Assembly: GCA_004764695.1 (NCBI GenBank)
Contig: SMSO01000034.1
Coordinates: forward strand, 3,906,001 to 3,970,000
Length of the DNA: 64,000 bases
Source of the DNA: Schizochytrium sp. TIO01
Taxonomy: Eukaryota; Protista; Bigyra: Labyrinthulomycetes
Direction of reading: 5' to 3'
A program made the position numbers and the translations under genes. Shown one piece after another: positions 20,710 to 31,357 of the stretch (positions are counted from its first letter, which is position 1; each line of letters opens with the position of its first letter). The notes under the pieces are model-generated. The model made no database searches. It was not told the origin of the DNA and worked only from the letters and a program-made list of their open reading frames with translations.

Positions 20710-21500
20710 ACCCACTTTGAGAAATCAATAACCACCACTCCTATTCAAGATACACAGTATCGTCGTATCTGGTATCTAAAAAGGTTTCAAACTTTCGTCT
20801 GGTATAGAAATGCAGATAATCCATTTCCAAAATGGGGAGATGGGTCCTTGAGTACTCCGAACGAGAAGCTTTGGAATTCCAATATATTGAAAGGTTTATG
20901 TTTTTAATAAAGAATGAAATATAAAATGAAACTGAGTTTTTGCTTTATTCGAGCTGTTTTGATCGTCCATGATTTATTTGCTCATCTTCCATTCTGTTTA
21001 CAGCCAACCTCCCCTACAACTTCATTTTCTGAAAAACTATCTCAACAAGCCATTTTTCAGCACTTGTCCTGAACTAGCCATGAGTCCGGAACCATGGATG
21101 CAAGCAGAAAACCAAAAATAATTCGAAGTAATCAGGGGATTCAAATCATTGAGATATACTGTTTGATTGCATAATTTTTCAGGAGAACAAGCAACCTGCA
21201 TATACTGAGCACATCCCAGTTACGCACATGCAAAATTCATTTGCTAACTTGTATCGACAGCGCTTAACGACAAAAAGGTTTGGTTTCCTAGCAAAATTTT
21301 TGAAAACGATGGCATTTTGCACATTGAATTCCATGCATTGTTCTATGAAGATAGAGTGTTTGCGTTTACCCATTTTATAAATCTCCAAGCTGCTGCATGC
21401 AAAAGGGAGGGGAATACCCAGGACACGTTAAAGGGGTTTCATGTAGGTAGCTAGCTGCCTATAGTTTCTATCAAAGAAAAAGAGGAGGTAGTAGACTTCT

Positions 21501-23660
21501 TTACTGGTCAAGAAAACCAAGCAACTTGGCCAGAGCCAGAGGCACGCTCGGAGAACTTTCAAGAAATTCGGCCATTTCAGGAGGAGAGGTCTGTAATGGA
21601 CTGTTATCCTCTGGCAGCACAATATCTAACACTGTATGCTCGCCCTCCATAAACTGTAGGCGCGTGGGAGGAAGGGCGTGAAGTACGATCACACGTTCCT
21701 GGTCAACCTCGAAGTTATCACTCTTGGAGTCAGAACCACCAAGAAGGGCCGCGGCGTCCTCGTCTTCATCTCCAAAAATGCTAGTCGGGTTTCGGGGCAA
21801 GTGACTTGCTTTAAGCATACTCTCACGGCGCGCAGGACACATGAGAATCCGCCGGTGGCGTTCGTTATTATTGTGAGTAGGCAGGTTAACACCGGTCTTG
21901 GATTTTTTCAGTAACCTGCCGTCATCATCACTTGCAATCAGACTTTGTCTTGTGACTTCCATTTTGGGGTGAAAAACGGCACTGGCTAGAAGTGCATTGA
22001 ACCTTGTTTGTTGAGCAATCCGAGAGGTGATCAATGGGAGGTCCCCATGCTGCTTGGGGTGCAGAGCAAGCTGGTGTGCAATGGTTGACAGGTTGCGTCC
22101 GTGGGAATGAGCAGACCCCGTGGCTACTCGGAGCCGTATCCGATTTATGGTACCATCACGGCGAGCCTGCTTGTGCACATTGATGGCGATATTAATCTGT
22201 GGGGGTGCTTGCAGAGCATTATCCTCAATGGGAATCTTGCCCTGCTGTGCAAACAGGAGCGCCAAAGCAGCGCCTTGTGTTAGATCAGGTTCTGGAATGA
22301 CATTTGATGTATCCATAGTTCCATCACTAGAAGTAGCAGGCGTTTTGTTCGTAGCGGGAAGCTTGGAGATAGCAAGGAGGGTTTCTGCAGCGGTGATTCC
22401 AAACTCAATAGGTGGCTCAAATGACACGATCAGGGCTGTCTTATCTTGCCACTCAAGATCTGCCTCTTGCACGTTAATATCGTGTCGAGCAGAAAGACTT
22501 GTGAGGATGCGTTGCGGTGGTGCTTGATCAATAGGTATGACTTGGCTCGCATCCGAAACTGAGGCGCTGTGCGGCGCATCACCCCTTGCAAGATAGCCTT
22601 TAGTCACTGCCCTGGCTGGCAATGACGTTTCTAATCCACGTGCCACCCGTTTAACCCTGTATTCGCTGAGAGCTGCCTCTACATCTTTGGAGAGGTCGTG
22701 AAGCGATCCCGCATTAAGCGCAACTTCAAGGTCTGATCTGCGGATAAGTGCTTTAAATTTGGCATGCAGCAGTCGCAGGCCTCCACGTTGCTTCGCATTC
22801 TTAAAGCTGTCTAAAATATCGTTAGCCTCATCAACGAGCGTTGTTGTCTCACCGTTTTCGTTCACAAGCTGCGCTGATAGTGATATCTCGCCATCTCCAG
22901 CGTACGTAAATTCGAGCAGAAGGTATTGTCCGTGACTGATATAGATCTTGCTTTCCTCCTCAAGCTCATTCATAAAATCCAGTCCAAGGTCTTCTGCAAG
23001 CTTGAACATCTTTGATGGTAGACATAACGATTGCGATCCATATTTACGGTCTAGTCCCACAGCACGCTCGTCTCGCTGAACCTTTGAGTAATCCTGAAGC
23101 CGCTTCGCACGAGTTGTGAGCGCCTTGAGCCTTGAAGCTTTGTCGCCAAAGCTACGTAAGTCATTCCGTGTGCGTGCCTGCTGTGTTTTATCCAACCCCC
23201 CAAGAGCATTGGCATAAGGTTGAACAACATAACGTCGAAGTTTCCCGCAGATATCTCGAAACTGGTGCCGAGCAGCACCTGGTCCATCCGCTCCATCGAG
23301 GGAGCTTGCGTTAAGCTCTGCCACTGCACGAGCAGATTCCACCAATCGTGAGGATGCAACAAGGCTAGAGCTAGAGTTTGGAGGTTCCAAACTCGCAATA
23401 TGGTTAGGCTTTGGTTGTGAATTTGTGGTATTGAACTTGGACAGCTGCCGCGCAGGCTGGCCTTCGAACTCTGCGCCAAAGCCTTGCTCGAGGGTGCCTA
23501 ATCGCTGCCTCACAACAGCACGGAGTCTGTCTAGAAGAGCCACAGCAGAGTTACGATCAGCTTCGTCCTCGACGCCGCCCAGCTCACCGTCCATCTCATC
23601 TATGCCATCCATGTCAAAATCTAACCCCACATCGCCACCAAGTTCATCGTCGATTTCCAT
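21501..23660 (-). CDS. MED1: Mediator subunit MED1-like protein
   Basis: 719-aa ORF with Med1-like blocks in the expected order: MFKLAEDLGLDFM..IYISHGQYLLLEF (cf. LExLARQLGLxF..FISSDMFYxEV), LIVSFEPPI (cf. FxLxLxxPxP) and HGDLPLITSRIAQQTRFNALLASAV (cf. HPxxVPxILxxLRQQxxFNTLIxSCV). Confidence 0.6.
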   Translation of the reverse strand: MEIDDELGGDVGLDFDMDGIDEMDGELGGVEDEADRNSAVALLDRLRAVVRQRLGTLEQGFGAEFEGQPARQLSKFNTTNSQPKPNHIASLEPPNSSSSLVASSRLVESARAVAELNASSLDGADGPGAARHQFRDICGKLRRYVVQPYANALGGLDKTQQARTRNDLRSFGDKASRLKALTTRAKRLQDYSKVQRDERAVGLDRKYGSQSLCLPSKMFKLAEDLGLDFMNELEEESKIYISHGQYLLLEFTYAGDGEISLSAQLVNENGETTTLVDEANDILDSFKNAKQRGGLRLLHAKFKALIRRSDLEVALNAGSLHDLSKDVEAALSEYRVKRVARGLETSLPARAVTKGYLARGDAPHSASVSDASQVIPIDQAPPQRILTSLSARHDINVQEADLEWQDKTALIVSFEPPIEFGITAAETLLAISKLPATNKTPATSSDGTMDTSNVIPEPDLTQGAALALLFAQQGKIPIEDNALQAPPQINIAINVHKQARRDGTINRIRLRVATGSAHSHGRNLSTIAHQLALHPKQHGDLPLITSRIAQQTRFNALLASAVFHPKMEVTRQSLIASDDDGRLLKKSKTGVNLPTHNNNERHRRILMCPARRESMLKASHLPRNPTSIFGDEDEDAAALLGGSDSKSDNFEVDQERVIVLHALPPTRLQFMEGEHTVLDIVLPEDNSPLQTSPPEMAEFLESSPSVPLALAKLLGFLDQ

Positions 23661-25266
23661 CGTGACCTACAGCCGCGCCAAGGCCTCCTTAGCACGTGAG
23701 CTGCTACCACGTAAGGTTCCTCGAGAGGCCTCACAAGATCACCTCTAGCCAACGGTGCCGCGCTATCGTTCGATCGGAGTCTGTGCCCGATCCTTTCACA
23801 TTACTAGTAGCGCTCATTCTTCACATTTGTCTTGATGTTCTTTTTCGCTCCTCTTTCTCTTAGTATAATTATTAGGGCCATCATTATGACCACTTTCTTT
23901 TTCTCTTCGAAATAGTTCTTTTTATGGGTAGCTTCTACCTTGCTTAGTTTATCCTATATATCCTATATATACCTATAAAAGCCCTTATAAAACAACTAAA
24001 GGGTGAAAACAAGGAAAAACTGTTACGATGACTCATGGGATGATGGAAGAGCAAAGAGGTATCTAGTCCCTATTACTGCTCCATAGATTACATGAAAAGA
24101 AAAAAAAACGTTTAAAAGAGAATACGAAACAAACTGGGAATGCAGGGAACTGAATTTGCTTTTGGCCACGTGAGAGAGCATATCGCGGCAAACGTAACAT
24201 TAATTACAATGATCAGGGGCGATGTGCAATTCATGCAGCAGCAGCTGCACAAACTATGTTATTTAAATATTAATTTCATGGTTCTTCAGTATATATCAAA
24301 TTGGAAAGTTCTATCTGTGCACTTAACAAAAGGTTTGAAGAGTTTCGTTTCCAGGTTCTTCCGTCTCAGTCGTGTAATGATTACGATATGTTCTCGCCGG
24401 AAAAAGCTGCCTATATCCTCACTATCTTGTGATATAGTAGCAACTCTTTTATTTGGCATATAATAATATCCTTGTAGGCTAATACAGAAACAAGGATAGC
24501 GCCATACTAAATTGCAAGTTATCTTCTTTCGTATCTGGGTTTAAATTGTTGTAGTACGAGTAAGAGAGCAACTCTGCAAAAAATAAACTCTATAGCTCCA
24601 AAGAAAAACTTACTTCATGCGACGTTGGGTGCTATTTCATTGAATTTTAATTTTAGCTATGGTCAAGGAAGAGTCAGTGTTTGTTATGTTACACGTGGAC
24701 ATCCATGTTTACAAGAAAGATTTTTCTCGGGGTGAGATGGGAAGGGGCAGGTACGCTTTGTGGAAGATTATAAATCGAGAATTCAGAACTACAACGCCAT
24801 CAGCACATTGAATAAGCTTCTTTTTTAATTTATTTACCAGAACTCACTAGGTAGGATATCTCCCATCAAGCTTGGTCATCAATTTATCAATCGATCAGTT
24901 ATTGCATCATCAAAACGAAGGTGAATGACAATCAATCAGAGAATGAGGCCGACCGCAGCTACGGTCTGTTAAAGCTGAAAGAATATCCAAGAGCGAATCA
25001 CAGGTTTCAGGCGCCGCATCACCAGCTGAGAGCCAACTAGAGTTCTGCCCCTGCCTGCCCTGATGTGGTAAGAACGAGAAACTCTCGTTAAGACAATGGC
25101 AAGGCAACGGAAGAACACAAACATACAGAGTGACCGGCTTAAAAGGTGCCGCGTCATGGGCGGCCAGCCATCATTACCACCGTCATCACGGCCACCATCA
25201 CCAGAATCGCAAAGGCTTAATGGTAGAACATAAGGTTGCCGTAAAGGGGAAGAAACATTACAAGGT

Positions 25267-26925
25267 CTAAACTTGCTGACGGGTTTTGGCAAGCCAAGAG
25301 CCCTGATTCTGGGACTTGAGAGCAGTGTTGCGCTGCATCGAAAGTCCCATTTCATAAAATGCTGACATGATAAGACGCTGTTCCCGCTGCGCGAGCTCAG
25401 TATCCTCGTTTCGGATCTTGTTGAAGTTTTGGATAGTCTCTTTCTTATCGTCCAGCTCGGACTTGAGAGTCTTGAGTGCAACTTTGTACTTGGACTGCGT
25501 GGCTTGCAGAGACTGCTTGACATAGTTTTGAAGCTTTTCCTTGTCTGTGGACAGCTGAAGGACTTGTGATTCCTTATCTTTAAGGCTCGCCTTGAGCTGC
25601 TCCACGACCTCGTGGCTTGCACCGAGAGTAGCATCTGCAGATGCTTTGGCTCGAGCTTGTTCGAGTTCTTCTTCCAATTGCTTGTTCGAGGTTTCCAAAG
25701 ATGCAACCCGCTCTTTGAGTTCTGCGTTCTCGAGCTTTGTCGATGCAGTTGCTGACTGCTGTGCATGTGCCTGAACTTGGTTCGCGAGACTCGCTGCACC
25801 GCTCCCCGCAGCGCCGTCACTAGCATTCATCTCAAGCTCTGTCTCGAGTTGAGCAATTGCCTCTTTACTATTGTTTAATTGGTCTTTGAGGAAAGCCTCA
25901 TGGTCTGCCGCTGCCTTAAGCTTGGACTGTTGGGATGCAATAGTGGCATCCTTTGTACGGAGGTCATTCTGCAAACCTACCAAGCGAGATTCCAAATCAA
26001 CACTCTTGTCTTTGTAAGTTTCTAACTGTTGTTTCAAGGTGCCGACAGATTTAATCTCAGCATCCATACGCAGCTGCTTATCGATGTTTGACTGGTTTTC
26101 CTCCTGGATCTCCTTGAGTTGCACGCGTAACTCGCTTGTCTCCTCAAGCTTTTGCATGAGCTTGCTTATCTTGGCCTCTGCCTTAACGAGCTGAGCAGAT
26201 TTCGCTCGCGCAACATCAAGTTCATCGGCCTGAGCTCGAACTTCTTCCTCAAATTGCGATAGTTTTTCGTCCATTTCGCGTGTTGAGGAAGCAAGTGTTT
26301 GCTTAGTCTCGTCAAGCTCGGCTTCAACCTCCTCAGCATGGTTGTGCGCATCTTTAAGCTTACGCTCAAGGTCGCGAACCTTCTCCTGGAGCGCAGAGAC
26401 TTCGCCAGCACTTGCACCCCCAGAGGGAGCAGGTTGCGATGCAGTTGCGTTTGATCCTTGCGCCTTTCCATCAGCCTGAGCCTCTCGGAGAACGGCGTTT
26501 TCCCTTTCAAGGCGTTTCATAATTGCTCGGAGCTGCGTGGCTTCGCCATTGTCCCATTCGCGCTTGAACTCTTCAATGAGGACCATGAGAGTAGCCTGGA
26601 AATCTTGACTCAGAGTCATCATGCTCCGCACATAGTCTTGCTTCCTGTCACAATTTACAGCAGCGCCGAGAGCTGCCTTACTCAGAGATAAAGAACTCCC
26701 TCGATCCACGATATAAGGTTGACCAAGATCTTTGAAGAATCTTTCGAGAACCTGCGCGGCATTTTCACTGGCGCCATGAACCCCAGTGATCTCTTCCACA
26801 ATCTCTCTAAATGTTGAATTATCGCTTTCTAGAATTTCATCAAGATCTTTCAGCTGCGGTAAATCGGAGCTCTCCTCAATCAAGCTGTTGAGCCATCGCA
26901 GCAGTGTCTCACTACTTGACGCCAT
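25267..26925 (-). CDS. HOOK: Hook family dynein adaptor (N-terminal Hook/CH-like domain plus long coiled coil)
   Basis: N-terminal LLRWLNS..LGAAVNCDRKQDYVRSMMTLSQDFQATLMVLIEE, ADELDVARAKS..LxKAE, an extended heptad coiled coil, and C-terminal REQRLIMSAFYEMGL...SWLAKTRQ typical of Hook proteins. Confidence 0.85.
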   Translation of the reverse strand: MASSSETLLRWLNSLIEESSDLPQLKDLDEILESDNSTFREIVEEITGVHGASENAAQVLERFFKDLGQPYIVDRGSSLSLSKAALGAAVNCDRKQDYVRSMMTLSQDFQATLMVLIEEFKREWDNGEATQLRAIMKRLERENAVLREAQADGKAQGSNATASQPAPSGGASAGEVSALQEKVRDLERKLKDAHNHAEEVEAELDETKQTLASSTREMDEKLSQFEEEVRAQADELDVARAKSAQLVKAEAKISKLMQKLEETSELRVQLKEIQEENQSNIDKQLRMDAEIKSVGTLKQQLETYKDKSVDLESRLVGLQNDLRTKDATIASQQSKLKAAADHEAFLKDQLNNSKEAIAQLETELEMNASDGAAGSGAASLANQVQAHAQQSATASTKLENAELKERVASLETSNKQLEEELEQARAKASADATLGASHEVVEQLKASLKDKESQVLQLSTDKEKLQNYVKQSLQATQSKYKVALKTLKSELDDKKETIQNFNKIRNEDTELAQREQRLIMSAFYEMGLSMQRNTALKSQNQGSWLAKTRQQV

Positions 26926-28813
26926 GATTAATTTGCTTTGCCAATACCAGCCTTGAGTTTCCTCACAATTATTTGACAGCTCTCGTCACTTGCTTGTCAA
27001 GAGTTCGGCCTCGTTCGACCTTGAGGCGAGCAAGCTTCAGAAAGATCGAGGACAGAGCCCGAACACAAGCTTTTCCTGGTTAACTAGTTGATTTGACGGA
27101 TGACTGCCGTTTGTTTACCCGTCCATGCGTTCTCGACTCCCCGAGTTCGGCCCCGGCAAACAGCCACACTTGCTGCCCAGAGGAAACTGCTCTGGACGTT
27201 GTGGAACTCGACACAGCCTTGTGAGACGTTTGATTGAAGTATGTATGTATGTTTGCAGCTCGCTGTCTATTTCTTTGCATTGGTCAAGCCTGTCTCTCTA
27301 CTACTAATACTTGCTAACCCTCGCCACGCCGGCATCGGTCTGCTCGGTATGTAAATAACATTACCACATTATTAGCTAGAGTACTATGCCATCATTTTAA
27401 TCTTCATTGTATTTGCCGATATGTTCTACTTGTTCTTTGATTTTTTCATAGTTGAGTAGTAGTACTCTCAGCTACTGGTACTGGGTTTTGCCTACTAAGT
27501 ACAGAAACTATAACCCTGTGTCTGCTCCTGATTGTACAGCAAGGAAGTAGGTTGTGGTTGCTGTATCAACGTGAAAATCATGAAAGCAAGGAAACTGTGG
27601 CCAAAACTTTAAACTTTGCAGTGAAGGTTTTGAAAGGTGCACGAATTCGGTCCTGGAGAAAACGGACAGAGATGAAGGGTGTATTTGGCGCAGGGAGTCA
27701 AGCTTAACCGCGGCAGTGCCCATTTTACAGTTAATTGCATGAAGCAGAGTGAACCTGAAGTTTGGCGCGTCCCTGTCTATACATTCTTTGTTTCGAAACC
27801 TTTAAAATTAAGGATTGTGAAGAGAATCAAGTTTGTCAGATGCTCTTTTCGTTGCCATCTTTGTTTCTAAGAACTGTTTTTACGAATTTGTAAATGAGGG
27901 AATGTGCTGGTTACCTCTAATTTACAAATAAGTTAGAATAGACACTGTTTCATGATCTTATTTGTTGGTCTTTTTTTAAGTCTAGCTGCGCTATTCGTGA
28001 GTTTGCGTTCAAAGTGTGATGATTGTCAATCTTGAATACACAATTTCTCTCATGCCACGCCTTTTACCTTTCACCCACATGGATTCCTAAACTCAATGCT
28101 GAGACATCTAAGAGTAGCAGCAAGACAGGTGCATCGTTCCCCTGCCCGGAACATTCTTCATATGTTTTTGTCACTGTGGTGACTCGTGTAAATCTCCTTC
28201 TCATCTGGCATCATTTAACTTTTCGGAATACCCTTAGGACGTTTCTGTGTCTTCGTTACTCCGATTGCCCACACTCATTTCCATTACAAGTCTCCAAGCA
28301 GGTTCGTTTCTCCTCACTCCAAGAACACAAGATAGCAAATTGGAGCCTTTGATTCTCATTAGTCCTTCAGAGCGTGCGCTCTCAATTTGAAGCCTATGTT
28401 CCTCTGGAAGCTTCGAACCTTTGTTACTGCTTGCACTAGTCCGCGTATTCTAGAAGCAACTGTCATTAATCATCCCTAGATTTACTAGCAGAAAAACTCA
28501 ACTTCGGTCATCATCGCGACAAACTTTCTCGCTCTCAGGTTGGAGTCCGCACTCTCTGTCCAGATTTTAGTAAGTACAGGTACTAGTGCTCTTGATTGTA
28601 GTTAGTAGTAGTTACTAGTGTTTCTACATAGAAGTTCAATAAATGAATTAGTTAGCGCCTTCATTTCCACGAAGCGGGCGCTCTCCAACTGCAAACCTGC
28701 TTCGCTTTCCATTGCCAGAGAAGGTGAGAGTCAACGATTACACTGCCTTGTCTTTGCAGTGGAGGACTGATTGTATTTAATCGGGTCCGGCGAACAGCTT
28801 TGGGTTTAGCGCC

Positions 28814-29683
28814 ATGGATCGCTTGCAGAATGAGGAGGCTGCTGAGGCCAACGAAGAGGAACAGATCGAGGCTCGGCGACTTCAAAAGACAAGCCTGATT
28901 GATACCGTGAATGATGTGAAAAAGCACATTAAGAGTTTCCAAACCAACATTGAGAAGGCTGTAGAAGAGCTTGTCAAAAGCACGAAGAAGATGGTTGTCA
29001 AAAGCAAGGATGTAGACGCCGTATACGAATTGGTAATAAAAATGGAGGACAAGACCGAGGGTGCGGATGAGCGTAAAAAATTTATAGCAGACCTCGTTGC
29101 GTCCCAAGGTGAAGAGCTGAAGCGCCTAATCAAGATGCATATTCAGACTGAGGCGAAGCGTAAAGCAATTGAGGATGTTTTATCTGTGGTGCAGAATTGG
29201 AATGCTGATGATTTGAAGTCGCTACCTCCTGACGCAGAACATGAGTTACAGGAAAGGTTTGCGAAAACCGATGAAGATCCCAGCGAGGCAGATCTATTCT
29301 CAAGCAAACTTTATACTGAAAGATGGAAAAAGTCCCTGGGTGCGCTTGTGGGTGATGATGCTGACGACGATGATGTGGTAGTAGACGACAGCCTCGAGAT
29401 TGATATTCCATCGCATTGTCCTTTGACTCGAGGAGAGATGGCTGATCCACTGCGTAGTAAGGTGTGTAAGCATATCATTTCAAAGAGTGGTGTTGATCAA
29501 CTATACATCAACAAAAGGAAGAACGCCACCGTACCTTGTATCATTTGCAAGAAACCAAATCTGAAGACAGACTTTGTTTTTGATAATGAGCTTAGGGAGG
29601 CTTGGGAAGAGGCCCAAAAGAAACGTCAACGCGATAAGGAGATGAGCCAATTCGCATCTTATGGAACCCAAGCTGTTGAATAA
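28814..29683 (+). CDS. NSE2: E3 SUMO ligase NSE2/MMS21 (SMC5/6 complex), SP-RING
   Basis: Helical N-terminus, an acidic DDDDVVV linker, then SP-RING CPLT...DPLRSKVCKH.ISK....PCIICKK; the size (289 aa) fits the family. Confidence 0.8.
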   Translation: MDRLQNEEAAEANEEEQIEARRLQKTSLIDTVNDVKKHIKSFQTNIEKAVEELVKSTKKMVVKSKDVDAVYELVIKMEDKTEGADERKKFIADLVASQGEELKRLIKMHIQTEAKRKAIEDVLSVVQNWNADDLKSLPPDAEHELQERFAKTDEDPSEADLFSSKLYTERWKKSLGALVGDDADDDDVVVDDSLEIDIPSHCPLTRGEMADPLRSKVCKHIISKSGVDQLYINKRKNATVPCIICKKPNLKTDFVFDNELREAWEEAQKKRQRDKEMSQFASYGTQAVE

Positions 29684-29971
29684 ATTGGTCAAAGTATTCT
29701 TCAATTTTGGTCAAGTCTTTCCACATGCGAGATACTTCATTAACGGAAAGGATAACAAAAGATTTAAAGTACATAAATTACGGATTCGTTTTACCTAATT
29801 CAGTTGACATAGCAATAAACACTCGTGAAAACGAAAAATTCAATCGTTCCTCTGTATGAAGGATAATACCTGATGATGAAATTTATTCTCGAGCATTCAT
29901 CAAAGATTGCCTGGGTAATTTTTAGACCGAGCTGCGGTGTTTATCCTTTGGGCATAGTATTATCTTTTAAA

Positions 29972-31357
29972 TCATTCTTGCTTACTTCCAGATCCACTAA
30001 GTGAACCTATTTGTGTCGGCGACGAGGACCTTTGGGATGTCTCTTGGTATTCGGGCTGCAATTCTTCAATTGGGGCAGGGGCAATATATAAAGCTGACGC
30101 AATTATTGCTGCTACCAAATACATGATGGCAGAAACTTGGGCTCCTAGAAATAAACTCGCTGAGGTGGAATCTACGGCCTTAATTTCAGATAGGTTCGGT
30201 AATTTCATGGATTCGCTAGTAGCAAGCGAAGCCAACAAAAGAGGTGCAACTACGCCCATAACTCGCTGTACGCTGTCCTGGGTTCCCACCAAAATGCCGA
30301 TGAGATTAAGTTTGCGGCCCCAGGAGGTAATCATGTCCGCAATGACAAATGTAATTCCCGAGGTTCCAACCGCCACGACAGCATGGCACATGAAAAGGTG
30401 GGGGACATGGTCAGGGCCATAAAGGCGAGCTACATAAAATCGAGCAAGGCATGTTATGGCCAGAGCACTGACCAAGAGATGCCTGAGGTCCCCAAACCAT
30501 TGTGAGAGTGGTGGGATAATAAACCATAGACAAAAGGAATAAGAGATGCCGAGAAAGGTAAGCAGAGTTCCAAAAGCAGTTGAATCCATGTGAAATCGAT
30601 CTCGAGCTGCTACAGCCATCGTGGTAATATAGCTAAATTGGCCCATACAAGCGATTGCGTGGACCACTAAGACAATAAGAAGATTTGGCTCCTTTGCAGC
30701 TCTACGTAAGTGCGTCCACGATGCAAGCTTCATGTTTCGCGTGTTGAAGTCAGCTTCATGATCCTTTGTTGTTGAGGCTTTCACTGAGACTCCTGATGCA
30801 TGAGGGTCAGGGAGCACGGCCATGACTGCCATCAAATTGGTGAACGCAAATGCAAATCCAGCAGTAAAGAGCGAGGTCACAGAGTACCACTTGGATAGTA
30901 ACCCCGCTGCAGCAGGACCAAGAGCAAATCCAAGCCCAAACATAGAGCCTAAATGTGAAAGCCTCTTTTGTCGCGTTTCGTGAGAAGGAGTAACATCAGT
31001 TACAAATGAACATGCTAGCGGGAATGTGCGATTGCATTTTCGCAAAACGAAAGCAAAAAGCATGATCTCTGCATGTCTCGAGGTAAAGCCAAATAGCATC
31101 AGAGCCCAGCAGACCACGCTCATGAGCTGTGACACTATTAGTAGTCTTTTACGGCCCAGCCAATCGCTCAAAGTGCCTGCGAGAAGCCCTGCAACAGCTG
31201 CCAAGGCGTTACTCAACGCCTGCCCGTGCATCCATGCCCGTTCAGAAACTTGGCCATCAAGAACTGCAGGGAAGTAAGGGAGTGCCAAGGAGTATAACGT
31301 GACGTCGAGTGCGACGATACCCAGAAGGGCTCGCGTGATGCCCTTGCCGGCCTCCAT
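29972..31357 (-). CDS. Major facilitator superfamily transporter, DHA1/TetA-like
   Basis: About 12 hydrophobic segments, MFS motif A (GTLSDWLGRK) and an antiporter motif C-like GSMFGLGFALGPAAAG. Confidence 0.85.
   Translation of the reverse strand: MEAGKGITRALLGIVALDVTLYSLALPYFPAVLDGQVSERAWMHGQALSNALAAVAGLLAGTLSDWLGRKRLLIVSQLMSVVCWALMLFGFTSRHAEIMLFAFVLRKCNRTFPLACSFVTDVTPSHETRQKRLSHLGSMFGLGFALGPAAAGLLSKWYSVTSLFTAGFAFAFTNLMAVMAVLPDPHASGVSVKASTTKDHEADFNTRNMKLASWTHLRRAAKEPNLLIVLVVHAIACMGQFSYITTMAVAARDRFHMDSTAFGTLLTFLGISYSFCLWFIIPPLSQWFGDLRHLLVSALAITCLARFYVARLYGPDHVPHLFMCHAVVAVGTSGITFVIADMITSWGRKLNLIGILVGTQDSVQRVMGVVAPLLLASLATSESMKLPNLSEIKAVDSTSASLFLGAQVSAIMYLVAAIIASALYIAPAPIEELQPEYQETSQRSSSPTQIGSLSGSGSKQE

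Noticed and set aside
24969-25826. 285-aa minus-strand ORF
   Set aside because: Alternative frame overlapping the Hook CDS and its 3' region, with no recognisable domain.
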